A DNA stretch of 28,050 nucleotides from Bugula neritina. Taxonomy: Eukaryota; Animalia; Bryozoa. The translations under genes were made by a program, and so were the position numbers. The notes beneath the pieces are model-generated. The model did not search any database and was not told the DNA's origin. It saw nothing but the letters and a program-made list of their open reading frames with translations. Below are positions 12,717 through 25,351 of this stretch, piece by piece (position 1 is the first letter of the stretch; every line of letters begins with the position of its first letter). The DNA lies in assembly GCA_964035545.1 (NCBI GenBank), contig CAXIUT010000198.1:1-28050 (forward strand), given 5' to 3'.

Positions 12717-14347
12717 TCAAAATCGTCGGGATTTACTTTTGGATTTATCTTATGTTCTCTTTAATCCTGCTTTCAGGAGGTTAAGTACCTTCACATTGCA
12801 TTTCCCTGTCTCTTTCTTGCCTGGCTTCTCCTTCATAGTCCTAACTAATCCTTCTTTATCTTTTCTATGAGTAAAAGTGCTAGTTAATTTAAGAGGAGAT
12901 TGTCTGACCATTTTTAACTATAGTTTTAAATTTTATTGACATGTTTATGTTAATTTTCTATAATTGCCTGTGATGTTCATTGGATTTTGTTATTTCTATT
13001 TTGATTTATGTGATGATGTAGTTGTTCTTTTTCTGCATTATGATACTTATGTCAGCTTTTTTTACTTCTTTACATGTTAAAATTCAACTCTTAACCATGG
13101 ATGCATCAAAACCTATATTTAATTTATTTATACCTCAGCTGCTGTGATACGATCATCAGGGTTTACTCTCAACATTTTTCCCACTAAATCGAGGATTTCT
13201 TTAGAGAAATACAACTATTGTCTAGGATATTAGGCATTATTGATCTTCTTGTATAGCTATTGGTCAGTAGCTCCTTTGAAAGGAAAGATTCCTGTCAATG
13301 TGACAAAAGTTAGTACACCTAATGCCCATATATCAGCAGGTTATCCTCGATATTCTTTTTTTTGAACGATTTATGGTGCCATGTAGCTTGGTGTTCCACA
13401 AAATATTTTAACCTGAATATTATAAAGACTACTTTTTTTTGTTTTTCGATACAAGTACTGAATCCAAAATCGATAAGACTGGGTGAGAGGTCTTATCCTA
13501 GTATAATATTTTCTAGCTTGATATCTCTGTGTGAAATTTGTCTTTGATGAAGATATTCTAGAGCTTCAGCAAGTGATCTGATGATTGTTTTACAGTGATT
13601 TTAAGGAGCTCTGTGATTAGGTTGATTTTTGAGGTAGTGATTTAGTGAAATTCCATCTAAATATTCCATGATGATGTTGAGATGATTGTTGGTTTAAACA
13701 ACATCAAGTATTTTAACAATATTTGGATGGCTGAGCATTTGTAGGATTCTGATTTATCTTCTGACAGATTTTTTTCTTTGTTGTTCTCTTAATTTAACTT
13801 TTTAATAGACTTTGATTGCTACTTTTCTTCCTAATGGTTTATATGTAGCTACACGTACAGATGCGTATGCTCCTTATCCGACTATTTTCCCGACTGTATA
13901 TTATTTTTTGAACTATGCTGTGAGATCTTATTTTTGTTAGAAGAGTTGATCGATTCTATCTTCATCGAGATCACTCATTAGGGGTAGTCCATTGAGTAAT
14001 TTATCAGTTTAGTCATCAACTTTAAGGAATTTGACTGAGTTAGCAAAATCTTTGATGGGTTTTGATTTTTTCCAGTCATCTTGCTGGTGTTGTTCTGTTT
14101 TGGTTTTTGATTTGGAGCGATTGAAGAGACGATCGATATCTTATTCTGTCATTATATTTTTTTTATTGTTTTTGGTTGTCATGGTAGGTGCTTTATTGAT
14201 TGTTTTATTGAGCTTGGCTGTACTGTTTTTCCATAGTCCGTTGGAATTAATTGCTCTAAGAATATGACTGACATCGCTAGTAAGTGTAGTCACTGCTGCA
14301 GTCTCTTTTGGTTTACGACGACGGTTCATGTTTTATTTACTGTGCAT
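12717..14347 (-). CDS. CAMK-like (MARK/SNF1-related) Ser/Thr kinase; introns 13413-13432 (20 nt), 13113-13133 (21 nt)
   Basis: VGEGAYASV, VAIKVYEK, HRDIKLENI, IDFGFS, FCGTPSYMAPE (E=TAA), DIWALGV, HPWL. The in-frame ATG at 14389 is an alternative start. Confidence 0.93.
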
Positions 14348-14479
14348 AACGACTATTATTATAATACTATTACCATTATTCTACTTCATTAAATATTATT
14401 CTTTTAAAAATCAAAAGAACAAGATTCAAAATTGTTTTTAGAGTTCAGATCAACTTTGGAGGCATAAATTAGATTTATA

Positions 14480-14890
14480 ATGAAACAAATTAAAGAGTAG
14501 AAGAGGCGAAGTAGAAGAAATCCAAGGAGTGTAAGAAATATATCTATTGGAATCATGGATCCTAGAAAGAAAGCAATCATAAATAGATTGAGAAGAAAGA
14601 TTATTCAATAAGCTAATGCTAAACTTTAGAGGGAAATTAAAGAACATCGAGAGAAGCAGAGGGCAAGTCGATTAAATAAAAGGAAAAAAAGGAAGGCTAA
14701 AAAGTAGTAGGAAAAAAACTAGTAGATAACAATGATAGAGAAGATGAGATCGGTTCGTTTTGATGAAGATAGTAATTAAATACATGAATATTAATGTTGG
14801 GTTCAACATTATCAATAACACTATGACCATGAATAGTCTGTTGTAGAGGAGCTACCATAAAAAAGACAAAGAAGAAAGTCAAAAAGATGA
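14480..14890 (+). CDS. Small basic hypothetical protein (136 aa) with RVxF-like motif
   Basis: MKQIKEEKRRSRRNPRSVRN...KMRSVRFDEDSNEIHEYECW...RQRRKSKR then TGA. Confidence 0.7.
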
Positions 14891-14988
14891 AGCTTTAAAA
14901 TTTGATAATAAATATTGCTATTTCAAAATACATTTTTGCCACTATTTTACAGAATATTATGATTGTACAATGCATTGATCAATTAGAA

Positions 14989-16320
14989 TCATCTTCCTTG
15001 TCTGTGTCTCCTAAGTTACTCTTCAATCTTTTTTTGTTCTTCAAGGAAAGAAGGATTGCTCCATTCGCTTTCAAAATTAGAAGGACCATTTGGCGCTCCT
15101 TTTCCAATGCCGCCCATACTCTGCATGATTGCCATCTGGAGCTCATGGTCTTCATTGTTCAGACCAAGATTGCCCATGGCATACTCTTCTTGGAGGAAGT
15201 CTGGGTTCACCTTTGATTATTAGACTTCTTGCTTATATATCACTTTTTGTTTGATTTATGGAGCTTGAATACGATTATTTGAACCATTTTTGTTATAGGA
15301 AGGCTTTTCCTACCTTTTAGGAACTTAGTATTTAGGCACTTAGTATTTGGGAGGTTAAGTTTTTTTTTCAATTGATCTAGTGTGACTTATACCTCCGTTT
15401 TTGTAATGAATTGATGGATGATAGTTGACTTCTTTGTGACTAGTAACTGTAGGTTTAGGAACTTAGCGAGTTCCTACACTTCTTTTGTTATCAGTTGATC
15501 CATTTTGATATATAGGTTGTTGATGGGTAATAGATCCTGGAGGTTTGGGTTTTTAATTTTTGTTTGTGAAGGTGGGAGGTTGATTCATGGTTCCTGGATA
15601 TCTTTTGATTTCTTATCGTTTATACTAGACAGGTTTGTTTGGGTGTCTGATGATTTATCTTTTTTATTAATATTTAACTTCTGTTCTGATAACTTTAGGT
15701 GCTTATTGGAATCCTTGTCTTTCAATGACTCGAGCATTGCTATATTTGACTTCTTCTTTAGGTTTATATTAATATTTTTCGACTTTTGGAGGTTATCTAG
15801 GTTTTTCTCTAGATCTAGAGTTAACATGATTAACAGTAGGTTTTTGTTCAAACTGTTTTCTTTGATGTTCAATATGTTAATAATAGTTTTTCATTGGGGG
15901 AGGTTGTGGTTCTTCTACAATTCCTTCACAAGATACTATATGGAGAATATAGTCTTTGTTCATTATGGGTCGATTGCATTTAGTGCATGGTTTTGTTCTT
16001 GCTTCACAATCTTTGACATGTACGTTATAGGTCTTTACTGGTACATTGAGATCACAATATTCACAGTATTTCGGTTTTAGTTAGCATTTAGATTAGTGTT
16101 TTTGGAAGTCATTCGAGGGGAAAGATTTTTTGCAGTGAGGACATTAGTCTTATCGATGATATTCTTAATCATGTTATTACTTGAAATTAATGTCATACAT
16201 TTCTTGGCAGATAGTACATTTTTTAATATTTCTACGACAGTAGCCAAAGTGAGTAGCTATTTTGCTTTCTGGAAATTCTTTTAGACAGTTATCGCACTTT
16301 TATTGAGGTTAGTCTGACAT
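14989..16320 (-). CDS. TRAF-type zinc finger protein (TRAFD1/XAF1-like) with C-terminal UIM (443 aa)
   Basis: Repeated CxxC..H..C units (CDNC..HFGYCRRN, CTIC, CPHC, CEYC..HVKDCEARTKPCTKC), a P/K/E-rich linker, and UIM-like EDHELQMAIMQSM. Confidence 0.85.
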
Positions 16321-16679
16321 CAGTTTCGGAACTTCTTCAAATGAAATTATAATAACTACCTAACTACTACAACAAAGTAATAAAACGTCGCTGATATAAA
16401 AATGATAACATCATGATATTTATATATTAAAGTCAACTTTTTTAACAATCATTTAAGAAAAATAATAAATTTTATTATTATTATGAGCTAAACTATATTT
16501 GAACTTTTTATGTTGTAAGAATTATTATATTTTTTAATGATTAGATTCAATAAATCTATTGCTTTTGAATAAGTTTTTTATCTATCTTTTAGTCCTGATA
16601 TTTGATTGATTAGTGTTTTTCTGTCAACTATTGTCCATTTAAAGCTTTGATATTATAATTACTCTTATACATATTAAGT

Positions 16680-18248
16680 ATGCTGTTTTTGGACGAGTAA
16701 GAACTAGAAAAACATAAGAAGAACTATACTAAATTGACTCAATCTCAGTTCTAGAACACTTATAAACAGGAAGGATTGCTTGGTAGTGGCACTTTTGGTT
16801 CAGTTTACAAAGTCAGAAATCAAGGAAAAAATCATCAAGGGTAAATACTAGCTCTTAAATAATTCAATCATAGAGCAAATTCACATTTTAAACAAATTAT
16901 GAGGGAAGTAGATAATCTCAAGTTATTGCAGCATCCTAATATCGCCAGATTTTATGATTGCTATATTGTAGATGATAGCTACTATTACGTGCTGATTGAA
17001 TACTGTTCTCAAGGATCTCTAACTTAATATCTATAGCACAACAAATTAAATGACTTCAGTAAGATGTTGATTTGTAAAAATATAGCTGCAGGTTTGGAGT
17101 ATGCTCACAACAAAAAGGTAGTACATCGTGACTTGAAACCTGACAACATATTGATAAGTTAGAAAGGAATAGCTAAGATATGTGATTTTGGGTGTAGTTC
17201 AAAGGCTAATGATATTGAAAATTAAGAAGTTTTAAAGACTTGCACGGGATCTCCTGCTTACATGGATTAAAGAGTAAATTTGGGAGATCCTTATGATTGG
17301 ACTGTGGATATCTATTCTTTAGGTATGATTTTTTTCTGTATGTTTAAGGGATAAGGGATCTATGATGACTGTAACTCTGTTTATAAAATTGAGCAACAAA
17401 GAAAATCGATCAATTCTAACTACTAAGAGTAAATGATGAAACTTTTAACAGGAATTCCTAATCCTATCAAAGGAATCATCTTTAATGCTCTTCATCCTAA
17501 TCACAAAAAGAGATACAGTGCTCATGAGATTTATCAAATGTTGTAAAAAGAGTAAGGCAACAAATCTTTTATGTCTAAGATTCAATCAACTATGGATGAA
17601 GAAGATATTGAAGACTAATCTAGTTTGTTTGCAATTGGATTAGTTCACTATTATAAAAATATTGAAAAAGAACAGAAATCTTTATCTACTAAAAAGACAG
17701 TTATTGAAGTTTTACATCAAGCTAAAAAAAATATGAGTAAAATATAGTCTATAACAACTTTAAAATATGTATCACCTCCAACCAAAGAACATTTTGCAGC
17801 TTTTGTTCTCTTTTATTATAACTTTTGGTTGGATAGGATGTCTTCTCTTTTGAGAGGTGAGCCTTCAGAGTTATCTCACCGATATAAACAGATTAATTCA
17901 GGAGCAATTGAGCAAGACTTATTACTCCAGAGTTAGAAACATATTTAATCTGAGCGGGATAAGTATAAATCATTTTTTGTTCGTTGTTGCAGAAATATTT
18001 CTCCAAAGTTGAGGTTGATGGATGGTAGAACTTACTTTCCTTAAATCTTTAAGAAAATGGTCAAAGCAGTAGCTGTGGGAAATAATTTGAATTTTGATGA
18101 CTATGAAGATGAGATGCTTAGGTAGGAAATTGAAATATTTTTTTAGAAAAGAATTTAAAATTAGTTTAGGACTAATTTAGGAAAAGGATCGGATGTCAAG
18201 AGTTGGGAAGAGTTATAAGAAATTAGGAATGTATGTAAAGATTTATGA
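16680..18248 (+). CDS. Ser/Thr protein kinase (522 aa), N-terminal catalytic domain
   Basis: [44 protein letters not shown]. No introns needed. Confidence 0.93.
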
Positions 18249-18581
18249 TTGATGTCTAGTTTAATAGATGTTACTATTTTTATTTTTTATTTTTAAGAAA
18301 AATAGAGTTTAGAAATTGTTTATTTTTAATAGTTAATCATTTGATTATGATTAAAAAGACAATTTGGCTTTATATCTGGGTTTTCTTATCTTTTTTAACT
18401 TACTTTTATGAAAATTTAGATTCATTATCACCCACTCTTTAATTTACAACTATCAATAAAATAAATTAAAATGGTTTTGAAAAAATTGAATAATTTTCTT
18501 AAATATAAAACTTTGTTGATTTATTTGATAGATTTTCTATTAAAATGAATCAATTATTTATGATACGATTAATAATATAAA

Positions 18582-19195
18582 ATGAACCCTAAATTAATCA
18601 TCATTGGTCTTCTTACAGTTGGCCTTCTAGCCTCCTCTCCAGTACTTCTTGTATCTGGCCAAGAGTAACTTTCGTCTTAGATAGACATACTCCTCTCTTC
18701 ACTTCAGCTGATCTGCTTGATTATGTTTAAAAACAATCAAAAACTAAACTTGTTGAACTAACTTCTACTATCAACCAAGATCTATCTTAAATAAAGGAAG
18801 TACTAAAGGAGCTTGGTGTTTCAAAATAAAAAGTTAGTTCTTTCTTGACTTCTTCTTAAAAGTTGACAAACTTAAAATAAAAACTTCAGCAATTGGAGAG
18901 TTATAAGCTAACTTTAGAAGAATTAAAAGAGGTTTTAAAGGTCAGTCAAGATAATTTTATCATAACAGCTACACCAACAGTGACACCTCGTATGCTTCAT
19001 GCAGTCAATGGCACAATGGCAACTAATTCAACACGTTCTCATCTCTTTAACGATATGTCTCCATATGCCTTATCTGGACTGTTTGTTTCCCTCTTTTTGT
19101 TGGTAGTTCTTTGCATTGGAGTAAGTTGCTTATTGGATCTCAAAACTAATGATCGCTTTGCCAGACAGAATTTGTGGGTCGGACGTGAATCATGA
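18582..19195 (+). CDS. V-ATPase accessory subunit Ac45/VOA1-like type I membrane protein (197 aa); intron 18665-18684
   Basis: N-terminal signal peptide (MNPKLIIIGLLTVGLLASSP). C-terminal MSPYALSGLFVSLFLLVVLCIGVSCLLDLKTNDRF resembles the Ac45/VOA1 transmembrane motif. Confidence 0.7.
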
Positions 19196-19250
19196 TTAAA
19201 TCATTATGAATCAATAGTAATAAATGAATTATTTATAATTATTGAGTTTA

Positions 19251-21551
19251 TCAGAATTCAAAGGTTGAGGGATCTGGATTTGGTACTTTCAGACTATTTT
19301 TAAATAGAAATTCTGCGAGGTTATCAACTGGATCACTGGGAAATTTGTCTAAAAGTTCTACAATTCCTTCTGAAAGGATAGGAACTAGGTTGATATCAAG
19401 ATATTTTCTTAGAGCTAGAGATTTTTTATCAAGAATTTATCTTTCCTAATTTTGTTAATTTTATTTTTTCATAACATAATCTTCATTTTGAGTATCTCTA
19501 GTTATTTTTTATTTTTTATCCAATTCTTTCCTAAAGTTGGTCTTCATTTAATGTTATTTCTTTAATCTTTAATCGACAGTATTTCTTTAGACTGATTCAT
19601 CTCCTCTCATTTATTTTACTAGCGATTAAAGAATCGCATTTGTTTGAGGACCAATTTTGACATGATGACATGGTATCTTATTTTATTTAAAGAAATCTTC
19701 AAGTACAAATTATCCACTATCTGTATTATGTAGGTTTCTGTATCTTTTAAGAAGAGCTACAATTTTTTGTTGACTTAGATGAGTACCAGCTATTTGTTGC
19801 TAAGGCAATTTTTGAATTCTTTCGATGATTTATTCATCTGTCATGTTAAGAATCATCAGCTTTGTTGGAGCTAGTCTTTCATCAAGGATCTTTTTAGTGT
19901 TTTAATCAGGTTATTCTCCTTATGGAAGTGTAGGTAGACCCATGAATAGTTCTTTGCATATAATATCTAAGAGGATACCTAAAGATCAACGGATATTTTT
20001 ATTGAATTTAGGTCAATCTCATTTAGACACTTGTATCCAGAAGCAGTAGATATAATCACTTAATCTTATATCTACTGCTTCTGGATCAAAAGGTTCTAAA
20101 GGATCACCTAAATCAATAAAAATATACGTTGATCTTTAGGTATTTTCTTCCATTTTTATTTGAATTATTCATATTATGCTTGTTTGGTTGCAACTTAGGA
20201 TTATTTCTTTTAATTCAAAAAGTTTTTAATTTCTTATCCAAACTATGTTTTCTGTTCTTTCACTTAGTCGATTACACTTTTAATTGTTATATGAGGCAAA
20301 TAATATTTTTAAGAAAGTCTGTGTTAAAGTAAATATACTTATTGGCATAGAAAGTTTTTCCTGATCCTGGTGGTCCTATGATAAAGATTTTTTATTGAAA
20401 TAATCCATGAACTTTATTATATTATTGTCTTAGGAGTTCGATTGATTTTTGAAGACCTTACCTACTTCTCCATTAAAATTTAAATTTAACAACCTAAACT
20501 CCTTCTTCAGCTTCTATTCCAGCTTATTCTTATTAGAGTTTAGCAAAGATCATAGTTGGCTTCATTCTTAAATTTAAACATAATTATTTCACATTTTTTT
20601 ATGTTCCTTTTGTTTAGGTACATTCAACCTAACCTGTACCTATACCTTTTGAAATCGATTCTATAATCTTTTTCTGAGTAGGTTTTGCATTATGATCTAG
20701 TGCTAGAAAATAGTATGATTTTGGTTTTCTTTCTATAATTTTTTAAACATAAGTGACTAAATCTGCAGTATGAATTGTTGGTATTCTATTTTTTCCTTTT
20801 CCAAAAATAGGTAGTTTCTTAGGAATTTGAAGTCTTGCTTGCATAAAATAATCATAAAATAAATTTTATCCTTCTCCATATTGAAGCCCACCACAGACAA
20901 CATAGGATTTTAAGTTTTATTTGACATTTCCAGCAGCTAAACATAAAGTTTAAATTGATTTTATTTTTTAATATTAAGGATCAGGCTTTCTTAATGCAAA
21001 ATCTCGATCTGTAAAGCGAACATATGTCTTTTTTTATTATCCTTAAGCAGGCTATGCTCCTCCTTATTCCTCAGTATCTGGTTCTTATACAGGATTTTAG
21101 TCTCCTTATTCTTATTCTCCTTATTTTTTTTATTTAGGGGAGGTTCTTGCCCAAGTCATGACATTTGATAGACAGATGAGTGTTTTTTATTCTTGGAAGG
21201 GATGAATTTTAAGTGTTGAAATAACGAATTCTGCTTATTTTAGGTCAGCCGTTGTAAGATCATAGATAATAACATCAGAGTTGAGAATAACTTCTTCAAA
21301 AAAATTGACTTTTCCTGTCTACATTATCAAATATCTACATCAATGACCTTTCTTACTCCTCCTGGAACATCATATTTACTTTTTGAAATAGTAGTACCAA
21401 CTATACGATTGGGATTTTCAGGATGTGCACTATCATTGCGTAGACGACGAACTAGGTGTTGACCGAAGAAGGTGTTGAGAGAAGAAAGAAAATATTTAGT
21501 TGGTTGGTAGGGAGGTGGTTCCTTTACTGGAGGTTTTTACTCTTATGACAT
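19251..21551 (-). CDS. AK7: Adenylate kinase 7 (Rossmann-like N-terminus, AK domain, DPY30); introns 21319-21338, 20319-20338, 20108-20127; locally disrupted at about 19975-20055
   Basis: CLSNVMTWART, GLQYGEGE, GKGKNRIPTIH, IIGPPGSGKT, C-terminal LRKYLDINLVPILSEGI..PSDPVDNLAEFLF. Three in-frame TGAs occur only within the inverted-repeat arm. Confidence 0.9.
19975..20143. repeat. Imperfect ~80-bp-arm inverted repeat (fold-back) inside AK7
   Basis: Perfect 21-bp core ATCCAGAAGCAGTAGATATAA (20035-20055) pairs with 20066-20086 around a 10-nt loop. The outer arms share ATACCTAAAGATCAACG.ATATTTTTATTGA.TTTAGGT. Confidence 0.92.
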
Positions 21552-21591
21552 AAGTTATAATATTTAAATGTCATCATATCTATGATATTTA

Positions 21592-23103
21592 TCATTCAGA
21601 AGAGATTATTGACTGACTAATGTTCTTAACTATGTGCCATTAGTCCTAAACTTTACCCAAAGGTATTGTTCGATATTGATATTTGAGGGTGTTTCCTTTA
21701 ATAGTGATTCTTCCATATCCATAGGCTTTGGCTCTTCTGGCTGACCACTCAGGAGTTGGATTGATATATTTACTATTAGCAAAGGCTCCTGCTGTTCCTT
21801 GAACTACATATACTGGATATTAAGGATACATATAGTGAGTATTGTTTGCTCTTTATTTCATTGCTTTTCCTTTAAAAGTTGGCCAACTACGTTCGTAGTC
21901 ATGAACATGACCTGTTTGAACAATATCTACTTTATATTTGTTAACTAAATCTTCAAGATGAAAAGCTAAATTGGTAACATTTGCATGTTAAAAGGCATTT
22001 GATGAGTAAAAAAATCTATGTACTCCAAGAATAATCCATTGAATATTAGGATTAGAACGAGCTTCTTTTAAGTCTGCTTAAAGATAATCATATTGTTCAC
22101 TGGTTAGATTATAAGGGTGTTCTGATGAGAAATGGATCATGTGAACTTGTCCATAGTTGAATGAAAACCACAGATTTGTTTGACTTTGATTTTTTCTAGG
22201 AAGAACATAGCGCTTCATGTAAGATGTGTAGTTATAATATTTTTCATGATTGCCAACTCCTGGCATAAATGCAGTTGATGCTGCAACAGGTTCAATAAGC
22301 TATCCAAATAAATCCCAGATGGGCTAAAATTATCCAATTTGTTGAGAATTCATGCCTGCATATGCAATATCTCCAGTGAGGAAGACGAAATCAAGTGGTT
22401 TAGTGAAGTGATCTTTAGATATTTGATTGATAACAAAATGACCAAAAGGAGCAAAAGTGCCCATATCTCCAAAAGTAGCAATGTTTATTTCTTCTAGCTG
22501 TTGTACTTTGAGAGGAGGTGCTCTAAATTGTTTTATTTTTGAAAAAGTACGAGTTTCAGCATCACCGACACGATAGTAGTAAGTTTTCAGAGGTTATAAT
22601 CCAGACATCACAGCTCGATAGATTCTACCATGAAATCCAAAATGTCCTACATTGTATGTAGTATAAGTAGCTTTAGCTTAAAACTTAAAAGCAGCAGGGT
22701 AGCGACCATACTGGACAATTGGTTTTTAATATTTTTATGGAGTTGAGACCCAAATCACTTGCATCTATCCTTCGTCATTCGTGAATCCGATATGAATTTG
22801 TTTATGTCCTGTTTTTGCTGTCACTTTAATTTTAGCTATTTCTATTAATTCTTTGAGAGTAACTTTTTTATCTTGATCTGCATCGAAAAAACTATGAATT
22901 GGAATGACATCAGCTTCTGTAATGTGATGTTAAGGTTCCATAAATCTGAAGTAATTGATAAATTATTAGAGCGTAGCAGAACCATCGTTATTTGTATCAT
23001 AGGTTGCCTCGAAAAAACCTTTGAGATGGCTAAAAGTTACTTCTGTGCATGCTATTTGAGTGAAAATAAACAATGATATCAATAGTATGTTTAGGTATTT
23101 CAT
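21592..23103 (-). CDS. Secreted purple acid phosphatase with N-terminal EF-hand pair (503 aa)
   Basis: Signal peptide, EF loops DTNNDGSATLEE and DADQDKKVTLKE, PAP N-domain (QIHIGF..MQVIW), and metal motifs FGDMG, GDIAY, GNHE, VHR, GHVH. Confidence 0.92.
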
Positions 23104-23221
23104 TATTTTTATAATTAATAAAGTCCATTGATATTATTTCAAACGGTAAACATTATTTTTGATTGTTTAATCCTTTATAAATCATTTTGATGATTTTTAA
23201 TGATATTTTTTATCTGTGATA

Positions 23222-23650
23222 ATGACCTGGACTAGATTATTTTACGTCAAAAATCTTTAACTAGCCTTCAAAAGAGTTATTCCTAGTAGGGGTCGACCTT
23301 AATTACCCATTAGCAAGAGATATCAGGCATAAATTCGCAAATAGTTCCGAATGGCAGGTGTACCATGGATCTATAATATGTAATAAATGAAGGCTAACCC
23401 TCGAGATAGACGTCCTAAAAGTAAAAAAAGAGATGCTGAGAGGTTGATAAGGTTGTAAAAAATACAAAAAGCTTTGAAGGATAATGAACAAAACTAGATA
23501 GATTATCGTCAAGATAAATTAAATAAAAGAAGGCTAAAGGGAACAGATTAAATGTTATCTCGAGGACTTCCTTCTTGGATTAAGACAGATCTTAAAGAAA
23601 TTCCTGATTACATGTTGAGAGGAAGGAAAGGAGATGAAGGTGATGATTGA
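23222..23650 (+). CDS. Mitochondrial ribosomal protein mL59 (MRPL25)-like (142 aa)
   Basis: LPISKRYQAEIRKEFRMAGVPW..PKSKKRDAERLIRLEKIQKALKDNEQNEIDYRQ fits the mL59 pattern as I recall it. Confidence 0.65.
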
Positions 23651-24104
23651 ATACTTTAAATAGCTTAGATTATTGAAATAGCTTAATAGATATAATGAGA
23701 TATTGAAAAGTTTATCTTTATCAATTAAAGTAGCATTGAACTTTTTTGAACAAAAAAAGTAATATTTTACTTTTTTTGATTTTGAATTTATTCCAATTGA
23801 TGTTAAACAAACATTTGTTGCATTATTTTATTGCTTCGAGTTGAAAAAGTCAAGATCTATTTTTTGAGATAGTCTTATTGGTCTTAGTTTGATTCTTTCA
23901 TTTTCAAAGTTCTAAACTTTCTTCTTTCTTTTATTTTTATTGTAGAATTTCATCATCATTTACCATTTATAGAAAATAAGGCTAAAATCAAAAAATAATC
24001 AGATCAATTTTGATAAAAAGGCATCCTAAAGTTGATAGTTGATTTTTATAAACTTAAATGTTTTCAAACTTCATTTTCTTATAATTATTTTTACAACTCA
24101 ACAC

Positions 24105-24932
24105 ATGTCATCTGATTCAGAACTTGAATTCATGCTAAACTGTGGCTCCCACTAAAACAATTTCGGTCTTATGGACAGTCTTTTGATCTCTTATGGAAGT
24201 AGTGAGCAATAATTCTCTGACTTCTAGCCTATGCATATTGGAAGAGAGATCATTCCTGAATCTCTGTAAAACAGCCCAGTTGGTCAGGAGAATAGTTCTT
24301 CTTTAAACAACACTAATGTTAGCTCAAACAATCTTCTTGTTCAAAATATAAATGTTCAGGAGCAACACAACAGGAAGGACAAATGTTCAAAAAATCTTCC
24401 TCAAAATGTCAGCTCATTTATCAAAACTATTCTAGCTAAAATTTTATCTTCAGAATCAGCAAATAAAAAGGAGGAAATGAAGAAGGTAAGGAATCGGTTG
24501 TTAACTTATTTAAAATAACACAAAGCTGACAATAATCAGTTAGTTGTGGTATTTGTCTATTTTTTCATGATCATTTAACATGCTACTAAAAATCAATTCC
24601 TCTAGTTAAGAGGTGAACTCATAAGATATCTGGACAAGAGACAGGTTGAATCAAGCCATTTGGAATCTGAGGAGCAGTAAAGACTCAAGGAAAAGATAGC
24701 TGTTCATAAGAGATTGGTGGAGTATTACTTTGATGGAAGTCGTCCTGAGGTTGAGAGTGGTTGGCTGAAGACAGTGTGCTCTATTCTTTTTACGGGTCGT
24801 CAACAAAGCACAATTGTCAAGCCTTTGAAGAAGTTAGAGGAGATTCAAAGGAGCATAACTGGTTCGGATAGTGAATACTTACTTCCTAACCAACAATAAA
24901 ACATCTAATCATTTTTCGAGTCAAGCTCGTGA
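24105..24932 (+). CDS. Hypothetical protein (275 aa)
   Basis: TGA-free frame MSSDSELEFMLNCGSHENNF...KCSKNLPQNVSSFIK...ESFFESSS. It includes the ORF-track segment 24714-24899. Confidence 0.8.
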
Positions 24933-25047
24933 ATGAATGATGGCAACAATATTCTATATTTCTAACTTTCCCTATTAAAATCTTATTATTAGTTGTTAAT
25001 CTATTTGACTATAAATGCCTTAACTATTAATTAATTTTTAAGATATT

Positions 25048-25275
25048 ATGAACAATCGTCAGGCTATTCTTCAACTCTATAGAACTTATTTTACTCTTAC
25101 TAAAAACTGTTTGGACCATTCACTTAAGCAGTATATTCGTCGTAGAGCTACTTAGGACTTCAGATCTTTTTCTAAGATGGAATAAAAAGAAGGTCAAAAG
25201 TAATTTTTAAGGTTAAAGGAGTAGGTATAAGTGGTGCGTCGGCAGATGATAGTCCGAGAGAGAAATCTAATATGA
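25048..25275 (+). CDS. LYR-motif protein, ISD11/LYRM4-like (75 aa)
   Basis: MNNRQAILQLYRTYFTLTKNCLDHSLKQYIRRRATEDFR...EEVEVVRRQMIV. LYR, YxxRR...FR and RRQ are typical of ISD11. Confidence 0.78.
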
Positions 25276-25351
25276 TGGTTGTATTACTAATTTTATGATA
25301 AACCTACTATAAATATCAGAAAACCATAAAAGCTATAATTATAAATTAACA

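Noticed and set aside
5128-13400. Standard ciliate code (TAR=Gln) or split code (TAA=Lys, TAG=Glu)
   Set aside because: TAA occupies invariant Glu sites (APE, SPE, LEGFNG, FCEV), where neither Gln nor Lys fits.
16318-16416. Possible C/D box snoRNA (ATGATG...CTGA, minus strand) or upstream exon with a 25-nt intron
   Set aside because: Box C is imperfect, box D overlaps the zinc-finger start codon, no convincing rRNA guide is visible, and 25 nt is off the intron size mode.
19251-21551. AK7 as a pseudogene or selenoprotein
   Set aside because: The stops are confined to the inverted-repeat arm and the rest of the gene is intact and in frame.
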